This document shows, piece by piece, positions 49,297 to 61,039 of a DNA stretch of 64,000 bases. The stretch lies in contig NIVC01003037.1 in assembly GCA_002269645.1 (NCBI GenBank), positions 59,708 through 123,707 of the forward strand, read 5' to 3'. The position numbers and the translations under genes were made by a program. Origin of the DNA: Macrostomum lignano. Lineage: Eukaryota. The notes under the pieces are model-generated. The model saw only the letters and a program-made list of their open reading frames with translations, did not search any database and was not told where the DNA came from. Position 1 is the stretch's first letter. Every line of letters starts with the position of its first letter.

Positions 49297-50047
49297 TCAA
49301 ACAAACGGCGACACACACTCGCACAGGACTCGAAATCTGTCCACCGATTCCCAGAAGTCAGCCAGGTTGTCCCAACGGTAATATCGGCCGATCACATTTT
49401 CTACGTGTGGCCCGTAGTTGTCCGGCTCCCTCGCGTTCCACAGGCTGTCGTCAACGGTGATGCTGCAGCCGACCCAGTACCAGCCGCCTCGCTTCTCGGT
49501 GCTGCCAGCCGCCTGGTGGCCACCGAGCCACATCGAAAATCCAGTGCTGTACTTGTTGTAGATCGTCTCCACGTGGCTCATCTCGGTGGCGTCTATAACG
49601 TCGGCCATGATCACCAGACCGCTCTCCGACTCGCACTTCTGCCTGCTCGGCCACCAGAAGTCCGCTCCATTGAGCAGCTTGTACTTCACTCCGCACAGGT
49701 CATCTCCGTAGCCAGACGGACACAGCGCGCCCGCCTCGAGTCCCGGCTGCTGCTTCACAAACACCCGGCCTCTCCTGGAGCAGCCGCAGCTGGTCCCTCA
49801 CCGACTTGCTGCACTTGTCGAACACAAACAGCTGGCACGGACCGTCAGCCAGGCTGAACGCCTGACAGCGCCGGTTGCGGCTGCACAGAGCGGCACAATG
49901 GATCTCTGACTTTACATCATTCATAGTTTTTGCGAAGGCCTCCTTGACGCAGAGATATCCGTCGATCGATCTGTACGCAGATTGCTTTGACGTCAGCATT
50001 GTTGGCGACAAAACTAGCAGCAGACACAACTTTGCAATCGCTTTCAT
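49297..50047 (-). CDS. Secreted PAN/Apple + C-type-lectin-domain protein (1-nt frameshift near 49765)
   Basis: Signal peptide MKAIAKLCLLLVLSP; PAN motif CAALCSRNRRCQAFS...C.L; CTLD with C...MWLGG...W...EPDN...LCE. Two overlapping ORFs join by removing one G in a GGG run. Confidence 0.78.
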
Positions 50048-50649
50048 CTCTCGTGCATCGTTGGAATCCGTGCAGTGCTCAATGCATACTGGCTCAGCTT
50101 TATTCTTGAATAGAAATCATTAGTACGGTCGCTTTGCCTTGTTTTATAGCGAGGCTCCATGGTAACGTACTGCTTGGGAATTTCTATTACCGCCATGCAT
50201 CTGCAGTCGTCAATCCGTCGTGGACAAAAATGCTGAGATGCTTTGTATTCAATTTCAATTGAGTAGCTATCCTTCCGTAAATGCAGACAGGCTTCCATGC
50301 ACTTGAATAAACTTGATTGACATGCAGCAGTCTAGATGGAGGCCAGCAGACTTTAGGCCGTCAGTTAATCGCTTTAAACTACTCGTACCTTCCCTTCATA
50401 GCTAAAAGCAGAAGGACGCGACACTGACAAATCGAGCTTCTGAAGTATCTGAATCGCAGATGAAGCAATTGTGTGTTCTGCCTGAGGCGCACCCGCAAGG
50501 TTGTGTAGCCATTTATTTCATGAAATGCCACCGGTTACAAGCAAGCAAAGGTCCTGCCTCAGAATCTCAGAATCGTTCCTCTCTGTTCAATGTCTTTTTT
50601 GAGTGTTGCCCATTTTTCTAAATTTTGATTTTGCATACGCTCTTGGGAG

Positions 50650-50885
50650 TATGCACCAACAATTTTGTCCTTTTGAGCAAGACACTTTACTCGATCTGTG
50701 TTGCTTCAGTTCACCCAGCTGTAAAATGGGTGCCAGCATCAGCTGGGGTAATTGAGGGTGTGTGTGGCGAACCCCAAGTCCTTGGACTGAACAGCCGTAC
50801 GCAGCCTTCAGATGCGCCGCGCAATAGCTGCGGCTGAGCTGTCGGTGTCACATCTGCCCATTAGGGCAGGTGTATAAATCAATAA
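50650..50885 (+). mobile_element. SINE family A copy (head degraded)
   Basis: CORE-like body and complete 3' tail shared with the other copies. Confidence 0.82.
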
Positions 50886-52327
50886 GTCGAATTCTAGACA
50901 AACTTGTGAGTTCATCTTGAACCAGACACGTGGTTATTTGTTTAATTCAATTTTGATTCCGAAGTCCAGAAGCGAAGATATTCGTAATTCCGTGCTAACA
51001 AAACTGAAAACAAATCTGTCTCGCTGATGCATTTCGCAGCGAAAGCAGCCCCCTTTAAAATGAAGGTTATTATTTTGTCTTAAACAGCAGATTTTAAATC
51101 ATATTGCACGTACGCACTGTACGATTGGGTAGACCAAATTGAACGCAGCTATTTCTAAATTGCTTTCTAATTTCTTCCAAGTCTATGGTCAAACCCTAAG
51201 TGCAGCTGACACGTCAGCCTGCTGGCTAGTTCGCACCAATTTGAACGCAGATTTCACCAAATAGAGCGCAAAAGGTATATCAACAGAGCTATGAAGGACA
51301 CGCAGGTAGCTGCTATATCAAAAGATAATCATTGGGTCTGCCGCCTGTCTTATCAAAAGCAAAAACAATTTTTGTACTGAAAAAATGAGAACAACCTAGC
51401 TATCTCCGTAATGTATTTTTTCGGTAAAACTGATCTGCGTATTAAAATTTCCCAAGAAACTGTTTCTCGTCTTTCTACTTGAGTAGTCATTGGTACAACT
51501 TAGGTTAAGATATGATTGAACTTGTGGTCGAGGTGTTTTAAATTAAAGAAAGCAATCTATATTGGCTAAAACCGCCGAATTCAATCCTAACTTTACATGA
51601 CAACACATATTGAGAGCTGTTTTAAGTCGCAATTTGAATGAAAATAATCTGCTATATACTTTTTAGGCCTCTGGAGTGTAGGATAAAAATAAAGCTACTC
51701 AAATCCGGGGTACCATGCGACAGCTGCAGTTCTATTCAGCATTTTGTGAACTGGCTGCACTATGGTATGGTGTAGACCCACACATGCCATGGCAGTTTAA
51801 AATCAAGTTTATTTGCCCTACCCTAGCCCATGGGAAGGTAGGGGAATTAATTTAATGCATTTGCTGCTCAAGTTGCTCTATGGAAGCCAACTGATTTGAC
51901 AACAATAGGGCTAAATCGCGGGTTTTAGCTTGAGTAGATTGGAGTCTCAGGGATTTAAGGGTAAACGCGTTTAGACCAGTGCATAGGCTCGTGAATAACT
52001 GCTTTACCTTCCTGTCTTCGGCCATTTTACGTCATTAAAAGAGGACCTCATTGAAAAACAACCAGCTAAAAACAAAACAAACAAACCAATTTACCAATGG
52101 AAATTTTTCACTGATACTTTTCTATTCAAGACGGAACCGTGCGGTATTTAGGTGAGAAATTTCCTGAATTTGATTCAGTGACATGACTGCATGACTTTCT
52201 AATCATGTACACGACATGTACACGACATGGGGCGCGTCACGTTTGAACCATAGACAATATAGTTTTGCAAATTTCTCAGTGCCTTTTCTGTTGTGAAAAC
52301 ATTTTAAAGGGTTTATTTGCAAATAAT

Positions 52328-52423
52328 CCATAGAAATAAAGACTTTCCGTGACAATATTTGCGTTCTCCGGGATTTTATTTGGTAATATTCAATAATATC
52401 CCATAAAGTCTTTATGTCTATGG
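52328..52423. mobile_element. Small TIR element (CCATAGA termini)
   Basis: 19-bp inverted termini CCATAGAAATAAAGACTTT / AAAGTCTTTATGTCTATGG with 1 mismatch. No TSD found. Confidence 0.5.
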
Positions 52424-52432
52424 TTTATACGA

Positions 52433-52531
52433 GATTACACATGCCTTTTTCGGGAGTTATTTTCATAAATCCCTCGGGCCTCAGGCCCTCGTGATTTATA
52501 CAAATAACTCCCTCAAAAGGCATGTTTAATC
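52433..52531. mobile_element. 99-bp near-palindromic element
   Basis: Two 48-bp arms that are reverse complements, with roughly 8-9 mismatches, around a TCA centre. Confidence 0.6.
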
Positions 52532-52756
52532 TGATACGTAAGTTGTTGGATATGAGACACGCAAAAATATGCATTACCGGAAAGTCCATCGGGTAAAAAT
52601 GGAACTGTCTATGGCAATACTGGGGTTTCAGTCAGCCCGATATGGCCACACAGTCAGTCAGTCATGGTAAAACTAGAACTTAACTTTAAGCAGCACAGAT
52701 AATGTACAAGCAGTCACTTAGACTAGCCAACCAACAACAGCAATAATTTCACGATT

Positions 52757-53125
52757 ATGGGCAAGATTCACAAGATCCACCTTGTGCAGCCAATACACGA
52801 CCAGTTGGATATCGTTGCTTTTCTATCCTATTCCTGCGGCATCGCGCTATTCTTCGTTCACGACTACAAAGTTCAGATTGGCGGCGTGGTTTTGCTAGCG
52901 GTGGCCCTGCTGATCCTGCCCACCTTTGCGCTTATCACCTTCCATTTGGAATATTTTCTGTCTGTTCGAAAGCAGCGCAAGAGGCTGCATTCGGAGGCGC
53001 AGCTGCTGGCACTGAGGCTGATGCAGCTGAACACCTGTCCGCCTGTGCAGGATTCTGCATTCCAGAACGCTCTGACCAGACTGCAGACAGCTTCCACTGA
53101 TGCCAACTTCGGTTTAGAGTTTTGA
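52757..53125 (+). CDS. Hypothetical 122-aa two-TM membrane protein
   Basis: ATG-to-stop ORF, GC-richer than its flanks, with two hydrophobic segments followed by a basic stop-transfer RKQRKR. Confidence 0.4.
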   Translation: MGKIHKIHLVQPIHDQLDIVAFLSYSCGIALFFVHDYKVQIGGVVLLAVALLILPTFALITFHLEYFLSVRKQRKRLHSEAQLLALRLMQLNTCPPVQDSAFQNALTRLQTASTDANFGLEF

Positions 53126-53358
53126 GTTTAATCCTGTGTTAATCTGTTCAATGCTTAAACTCAAACTATACATCTATCTAGCTTAATAGTAACGATAGAA
53201 CAAGACACAAGGACTACTCAAGTAGAAGGAGAAACTACGTTTCATGGAAAGTTTAAGGAGACAGGCTTTACCGAATACTTACGAAGATCGGAGGTTTTCA
53301 TTTTTTCAGCACAAAGACTGTTATTGCTGTTGATAGGAGGCAGACCCAAATTTTCATC

Positions 53359-53721
53359 TTTTTTTTATTAGAGGCAGGGGGGTTGTGTGCACCCTGGCTC
53401 ACTTTAAGCGACATAGGCACACAACCGGCGAGAGGCATTACTTCCCATTCCGCCGACTCTCCTGAGCAGGCATACAAGCGCGCGGATACGTACGCAGGCA
53501 CACACTCACACAGGAGTGTACAGCGGCCCTAACTTTATATTATCGTTAGGCATGTACACTTCACTGCGCCTTGGGGGGTTGGCTCTCAAGGCCGTTAATT
53601 GCACGAGCAGAGCCAAGCCGAGATTCCAATTCAGCCCCAAATTAAAGTGACTGCACTTGGAATCGAGCCTGGGTCGCTGGCACACCAGAGCAGCTGCGCT
53701 ACCGCTGGGCTACGGCCCCCC
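53359..53721 (-). mobile_element. SINE family B copy
   Basis: Reverse complement nearly identical to 28109-28471; degenerate ~11-bp TSD. Confidence 0.88.
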
Positions 53722-54106
53722 TTAATGTTTATCTTTTGATATGTCTTAACTTTCTTATAGGTCTTATTGATATTTATAAAGCTTTTAGTTTAGCACGTTT
53801 CGATTCAAAGTTAATTTTATATCCTTGGCTTTACAAATAGCTATGCCAGCTGTGCCTAAAAATCATAAAAAATGACGCAGCTCGACTCGCTGGTTTTATA
53901 AATCTTATGTTTAGCTTATTGCTGGCAATGGATTTTGCCATCAATGAGACAATAATATTGACTACGCTAGGCTTTTCTTATAAATGTGCCTTTTATTTTT
54001 AACGAAAGCTCTACAAATAACAAACAATGGAGCTATAAGACTTTCGATCTGCCTTTTATCAAAAGCAATGAAAAAATGTTCTGAAAAACCCCATTTCAGT
54101 AAAACC

Positions 54107-55071
54107 CAGGGGCGTAGCCAGGAATTTTGATTGGGGGGGGGCGTGAGTTAGGGGGCGCCAGCTTATTATAGGGGGGGCGCCAGTTTCTTTTAGGGGGGGG
54201 GCGGGGTGCCAGTTTCTTTTAGGGGGCGCCAGTTTCTTTTAGGGGGCGCCAGTTTCTTATAGGGGGAGCCAGTTTCTTTTAGGAGGGGGGCGCCAGTTTC
54301 TTTTAGGGGGGCGCCAGTTTCTTTTAGGGGGGCGTCAGTTTCTTTTAGGGGGGCGCCAGTTTCTTTTAGGGGGGGCGCCAGTTTCTTTTAGGGGGGCGTC
54401 AGTTTCTTTTAGGGGGGCGCCAGTTTCTTATAGGGGAAGCCAGTTTCTTTTAGGAGGGGGGCGCCAGTTTCTTATAGGGGAAGCCAGTTTCTTTTAGGAG
54501 GGGGGCGCCAGTTTCTTTTAGGGGGGCGCCAGTTTCTTTTAGGGGGCGCCAGTTTCTTATAGGGGAGCCAGTTTCTTTTAGGAGGGGGGCGCCAGTTTCT
54601 TTTAGGGGGGCGCCAGTTTCTTTTAGGGGGCGTCAGTTTCTTTTAGGGGGGCGCCAGTTTCTTTTAGGGGGGGCGCCAGTTTCTTTTAGGGGGGCGTCAG
54701 TTTCTTTTAGGGGGCGCCAGTTTCTTATAGGGGAAGCCAGTTTCTTTTAGGAGGGGGGGCGCCAGTTTCTTTTAGGGGGGGCGCCAGTTTCTTTTAGGGG
54801 GGCGTCAGTTTCTTTTAGGGGGCGCCAGTTTCTTTTAGGGGGCGCCAGTTTCTTTTAGGGGAAGCCAGTTTCTTTTAGGAGGGGGGGCGCCAGTTTCTTT
54901 TAGGGGGGCGCCAGTTTCTTTTAGGGGGGCGTCAGTTTCTTTTAGGGGGGCGCCAGTTTCTTATAGGGGAAGCCAGTTTATTTTAGGGGGGGGGGGCGCC
55001 AAGCCCAGAGTTGGTGATTATGGGGGGGGGCCACGGCCCCCCTTGCCCCCCCCCCTCTGGCTACGCCCCTG
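54107..55071. mobile_element. hAT-type MITE with internal ~22-bp minisatellite
   Basis: Perfect 15-bp TIR CAGGGGCGTAGCCAG / CTGGCTACGCCCCTG and exact 8-bp TSD GTAAAACC (54099-54106, 55072-55079). Interior is (GGGGGCGCCAGTTTCTTTTAG)n. Confidence 0.9.
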
Positions 55072-55447
55072 GTAAAACCTGCCTAATAAAAATATTCCAA
55101 GAAACGTATAGTTAGCCGTCCAACTTAAGTAGTCCTTGACCACAAAATCCCCACGATGCTGATCGTTTTTTGTCAGTGGACACTATTTCAGAAAAGTTTC
55201 AATAAAAAGTTTCATTCGTTAGTCGAAATCGTCATGCAAAAAAGCTTTGCATGATTTTTATAATCGATGCTTGAATATTAAACAAATGGAGTCGCATTGG
55301 AAAACGAACAGAGTGAATTTTATTTATGGCATGTCGCTGGCCTTCCTTAGAGTGCGCAGTTAATGTACATCTATGGATAGGGTTTGGCTGGCTCTTTAAA
55401 GAGCTTTTGTCGTGAAGTTTAACCATAGACAACAATAATATTAATTG

Positions 55448-55752
55448 ATTACGTGTACACCTGCCCTAATTAGGCCAGATGCGCGACCGATAGCTCAGCC
55501 GCAGCTATTGCGCGGCGCATCTGAAGGCTGCGTACGGCTGTTCAGTCCAAGGACTGGGGGTCGCCACACGCCCCCTCAGTTACCCCAGCTAATGCTGGCA
55601 CCCATTTTACAGCTGGGTGAACTGAAGCAATGTACATCCAGTTAAGTGTCTAGCTCAAGGACACAAATTGTTCCAAATTAGGATGGGATCATCGGGAATC
55701 AAACCCCCGACCTTCAAGTCGTGAGTACGGCACTCTAACCACTACCCTCTCT
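55448..55752 (-). mobile_element. SINE family A copy, full length
   Basis: tRNA-like head (TAGTGGTTAGAG...CTCACGACTTGAAGGTCGGGGGTTTGATTCCC), CORE-like body and 3' stem-loop tail. Confidence 0.85.
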
Positions 55753-56490
55753 GCGATAGACAACGTAAGACAACGAATATTTAAAGTATATTAATTTTGT
55801 AGTTATTGCAACTTCATGCTTGGTTTCCTACTAAAAGTAGACTATCTAGCACGTCTCTATTTTCTTCAATTTTAAAAAGTTTTTTTTCTAACTTGGATTT
55901 GTGTCTTTTCTTTGCTTTTCTATGAACTACCTCATCAATTATATATCCAATGCTATTTATCCCTTTCATAACTTCAGCTGCAGTCACAAATTGTTAAAAT
56001 TATTCTTCAATTATTAAAGCATGATGCAGTTTCTGTTCCAAATAGCAGCCTCTTTTTTTTCTTCCTTAATGAGGGAATGAATTTTGCTGTTAGCTGAACG
56101 ACCTGCCTCTGAAGTGGAATAATAGATCCGGTATGTGAGCTTCTCGCGGTAATTCAAGAAGCCCATCTGCAGTCGAGTTGGGCCCTATTAAACCTTTGTT
56201 ACCCGATAGTAGGTTGAGGATTTTGCTGGAAAGAAAATTCAAGCCGTGAATTGCAATTAAGATCGCTGTTTTGAGTAGCTGATGCAGCAGCAGCAGCTCA
56301 TGTTCCCAGTTCCTGCTCTGCTTTCCTTCACAATGCAATTAATTTTATTCAAGGATAGAAGTTTCATTAACGGATTTTGCATGGATCGTTGAAAGTGCAA
56401 GCTGCGCGCGGTTGTTCCTCTCTGAGCTCTACACGCCAGGTCGATGGGGGCCCTGAAGTACCTGCTGCTTGAAATAAAAAAATGGTATTA

Positions 56491-57794
56491 CGAGGGCTGA
56501 GCAATAAGTTTCCTGATGTGCATAGTTGAGAGGCGGCTGACAAAATCTGACACCATAGGTGTCAAGTACATTATATAAGTACAATGTTTGTAAAGTTTCA
56601 GACGCACTGGTCATATATAGCCAGTGCAGCACCCAAACCAAGCTAGCATACCCACCCTATCTATCAAATTCACAATGGAGCTCAATAGGAGTCATTTTAG
56701 AGCAATGATTTATTACGATTTTAAAAGTGGTTTGCGGCAGCAAGAAAGTATTGAGCGATTGCGAGGAGCTTTTGGGGATGAAGCACCTTCTAGATCCACC
56801 GTTTTTGACTGGTTTGTTGAATTTCGACGCGGCAGGCAGAGTCTGGATGATGAGGAGCGCAGCGGCCGGCCTGTCTCCGCAACGACTGAGAATAATGTTG
56901 CTGCTGTCCGGGCCATGGTTGAGGATGATGCCCGAGTGACTGTGGCCCAGATAGAGGCAGAGGTGGGCATCTCATCAGGATCCATCAGGACGATCCTGCA
57001 TTCACAGCTCAACCTGAGCAAGATTTCTGCTCGCTGGGTGCCTCATCAGCTGGCTCCGGAGCAGAAGGAGGCTCGGGTGACCTGGTTCCGCACCATGCTC
57101 GACAGATTAACGGAGGCAGCTCAAACTCGATCTGGGATATTGTCAGTGGTGACGAGTCCTGGATCTATAGTTTCGACCCGGTGACTAAGCAGCAGTCGGC
57201 CCAGTGGACTCCAGTTGGCGGCACCCCACCATCCAAGCTTCGGCGAGAGCGCAGCGTGGCAAAGCAGATGGTGGCCGTTTTTGTGGCGAAAACCGGTCAC
57301 CTGGCCACGGTTCCACTTGTGCAGCAGCGCAGTCACCAGTGACTGGTACGCCAACATTTGCCTGCCAGAAGTTCTGAGCGCTCTCTCCAGGCGTCGCCCA
57401 AGGACCCGAGCTCGGGCATCCTTCTCCATCACGACAACGCCCCGGCCCACAAAGCTCGACAGGTGGCGGAGTTCCTGGCCGGAGAGCACATTCAAGAGCT
57501 CGGTCATCCACCACAGCCCCGACCTGGCCCCCTACGATTTTTTTGTGTTTCCACAAATCAAGCGCAGGATGTGTGGAATCCACTATGGATCACCAGAAGC
57601 TGCAGTGGAGGCCTTCATCCGGCATGTGGAGGAGGTGCCTGCTTCAGATTGGTCCAGCTGCTTCAGCAAGTGGTTTGAGCGCATGAAAATTTGCATCGAA
57701 TCTGCGGAGAGTACTTTGAAAAGATGTAACTGTTTTTTTCTCTCTAACTATTTTTCTGTCTGGGCACATCCGGAAACTTATTGCTCAGCCCTCG
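56491..57794 (+). mobile_element. Mariner (Tc1/mariner DD34D) transposon, 1304 bp
   Basis: 30-bp TIRs CGAGGGCTGAGCAATAAGTTTCC(T/G)GATGTG with 1 mismatch, flanked by TA on both sides; internal transposase. Confidence 0.95.
56675..57729 (+). pseudogene. Mariner transposase with about five 1-2 nt frameshifts
   Basis: HTH region (APSRSTVFDWF...RSGRP), WVPHQL, SGDESW, HHDNAPAH and SPDLAPYDF motifs lie in successive frames. Confidence 0.88.
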
Positions 57795-57865
57795 TATTGC
57801 CAATGATTCCCCTGCACTTAATCACCGGGCTTACATGTAGTTCTAGCTCACGTACTTTCGGGCCA

Positions 57866-58100
57866 GACTGGAATCTCGGCTTGGCTCTGCTTGTGCAACT
57901 CACGCTCTTGAAGGCCAACCCCCAAGTGTACATGCTTTACGATAAATAAAGTTAGGGCCGCTGTACACTCCTGCGTGAGTGTGTGCCTGTGCGTATGACT
58001 GCGTACGTATCCGCGCGCTTGTGTGCCTGCTTATTGGAGTCGGCGGAATGGGCAGTAATGCCTCTCGCCGGTTGTGTGACAATGTCGTTTAAAAGTGCGT
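57866..58100 (+). mobile_element. SINE family B, diverged 5'-truncated copy
   Basis: Shares GGAATCTCGGCTTGGCTCTGC...GCCGCTGTACACTCCTG...TAATGCCTCTCGCCGGTTGTGTG with family B. Confidence 0.78.
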
Positions 58101-58205
58101 CAGTGTAAAATGTTGAACATTTCCCTAAAGCAAAGCAATATTCTGCAGAAATTTACACGACTTTCGAGTGTAAGTGTCCTCCCACACTGTTAGGCATTGG
58201 CATTT

Positions 58206-58501
58206 GGGGTTGTAGCCTAGTGGTTAGAGCGTCCGACTCACGACTTGAAGGTCGGCGGTTCGATTCCCGAATCCCACTGGAATAATTTGTGTCCTTGAGT
58301 AAGACACCTAACTCTGCATTTCTTCAGTTCACCCAGCTGTAAAATGGGTGCCAGCATTAGCTGGGGTAATTGAGGCTGTGTGTGTGGCGACCCCCAGTCC
58401 TTGGACTGAACAGCCGTACGCAGCCTTCAGATGCGCCGCGCAATAGCTGCGGCTGAGCTGTCGGTGTCACATCTGGCACGATTGGGGCAGGTGAAATCAA
58501 T
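58206..58501 (+). mobile_element. SINE family A copy, full length
   Basis: A-box TAGCCTAGTGG, B-box GGTTCGATTCC, CORE-like body and 3' tail ending AATCAAT. Confidence 0.87.
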
Positions 58502-59409
58502 TATCATTTTCATTATTGGCATTGAAAACTTGTGCGCATCCCAAATTTTCAAGATCGATTTTCAAAACACACACGCTCGCCGACAATCTTTTAGAAGATA
58601 TTCAGGTGGACGATTCTCCAGCTCTCAACTGTCCGTACTTTGTCTAATTAATTGGGCTAGCCGATTTCCTGTCAAAAATAGCAATAAAAATGATTACCTT
58701 AAAGCTGCTCTAGCTCTTTCCAGAAAGTAGAACAGTCAGAACAAAAATTAAAATAGACACTGAGAATCAGTTTAGTAGTCAAAATTCTAGGGCCTCCTGC
58801 TACTCAAGGCTTGCGACTGAAAGAGCCAGGGAAAGACATCAGAATGTGAAGAAAAGGTCCGATCCGCCGTTCATATTGTCCGGAAGCTGTTTCCCTTCGT
58901 CTCCAGGCTCCCTTAGTGCTTGAGCTATAATCTTGCTTGGCCCGCACAGGCTGCCCCAAGCAACCCCCCGCTCCGCCGGAACCCGTGCTGGAGCAGTGCG
59001 AGGTACCGTGTGAGCAGATGAGCCTCATAGAAGCCATGGACCTCCGCGCATGCAGGTGCTGCAGTGTGCGATTCACAATGCCAGCTATATAGAAGGAGAA
59101 AGAATTGAAAGAGACCAAGGCATGTCAGATCAGAATCTCTGATGTCTGATGTCCGTTTGAGCCATGGCTTTTGCATTGCCAGATGGATAGCTTAGCGTGA
59201 GCAACTATAATGAGGCGTGCGTTCCAGTTTTAGTTTTTTTCTAAAGAAAACCCATCCGCTTGGACATGGTGCTTTTGGGCTTGGCTGTCATGGACTTCTA
59301 GACTGAGCAGCTGGATCGGAAACTTATCTCGATGAAGTTCCTATCTGTTTAAGTGTGAAAAATGGAGCAAGTATTCGGTTGTCTGAGGTCTATGGGCTAA
59401 ATTCTCTGG

Positions 59410-60198
59410 AAAGGTCATAGCCAATCATAATTATCATAGCCAATCATAATTATCATAAGCCAATCATAATTATCATAAGCCAATCATAATTATCATAAGC
59501 CAATCATAATTATCATAAGCCAATCATAATTATCATAAGCCAATCATAATTATCATAGCCAATCATAATTATCATAAGCCAATCATAATTATCATAAGCC
59601 AATCATAATTATCATAGCCAATCATAATTATCATAGCCAATCATAATTATCATAGCCAATCATAATTATCATAGCCAATCATAATTATCATAGCCAATCA
59701 TAATCATCATAGCCAATCATAATTATCATAAGCCAATCATAATTATCATAGCCAATCATAATTATCATAGCCAATCATAATTATCATAGCCAATCATAAT
59801 TATCATAGCCAATCATAATTATCATAGCCAATCATAATTATCATAGCCAATCATAATTATCATAGCCAATCATAATTATCATAGCCAATCATAATTATCA
59901 TAGCCAATCATAATTATCATAGCCAATCATAATTATCATAAGCCAATCATAATCATCATAGCCAATCATAATTATCATAGCCAATCATAATTATCATAGC
60001 CAATCATAATTATCATAAGCCAATCATAATTATCATAGCCAATCATAATTATCATAAGCCAATCATAATTATCATAGCCAATCATAATTATCATAGCCAA
60101 TCATAATTATCATAAGCCAATCATAATTATCATAAGCCAATCATAATTATCATAGCCAATCATAATTATCATAAGCCAATCATAATTATCATAGCCAA
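59410..60198. repeat. 19/20-bp minisatellite (AGCCAATCATAATTATCAT[A])n
   Basis: Direct tandem copies. Confidence 0.94.
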
Positions 60199-61039
60199 TG
60201 TAATATGTGAGAACTCCTTGCCTTCTGTACACGATGGAGTGATGTTCTACCATAGACAAAAGTCGCTGGAGACATGCGCATGCAGAAAGATAGGATTGAT
60301 TGAAACTTCTTGGAAGAAAAATGGCTTCTTCAAGTTCTTTTCAATCTCAGGAATCTAAATCTAACTTCAAGAGAACGGTAGATGAAGGAGTAGGGGGGGA
60401 GTATTTTTTCATAAATCAGCTTAGTTGTTCGCATGCGTCATGTTCTGACATCGGGAACTGACGTGAAGTACCGCAGCGCTCTCTCAGCAAGTGTAAAAGT
60501 GTCCACAGTAAAAGACAGTTCTTCCCGGCTTTGGCGAGCTCACAAATTTTTTTTGTTAACGTCCCCTCGCGCGTCGCTATTTTAGATTTTTTTTCAGAAG
60601 TTCCTCTCTCCCTATATATTGAATTGTGCCTCTTTACCTGACCCACCAACCCGCGGATTAACCTGGGACACCAGGGTTTAAGTGAGTGGGCAAAGAATTA
60701 ACCGTCTCCCCCATACCCCGAAGCATTGTTGCGGTCACTTCGGTCGCTGCGGCAATTCAGTTTTACTCAACTGTGAGCATATCTGCTCAGCTGTGCAACC
60801 TCGCCCTTAAAGCATTTATCGCATTCTGTCTAATTTTAACGCTAAAACAGGAAAGTGAAAAAGCAAATTCCCTGTCAATTTGAAGAGCACTTGTGGGCGA
60901 GAAACTTGCGATTCGCAAAGAAAATATTGCCGCGCTAGAGGCAAAATATCAAATAAAGATATTCACACATTTATTGCACAGGAATTTTAGGTTCAAATAA
61001 AGGATTTCCTTTTCTATGCTTCTTGTCTGCACGTCTGGG

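Noticed and set aside
58206-58280. Additional tRNA genes at the SINE heads (also 28109, 53650 and 55690)
   Set aside because: A and B boxes are present, but there is no complete acceptor stem and the sequence continues into shared SINE bodies.
58800-59180. GC-rich block with overlapping ORFs
   Set aside because: No frame gives a recognisable protein or consistent splice boundaries.
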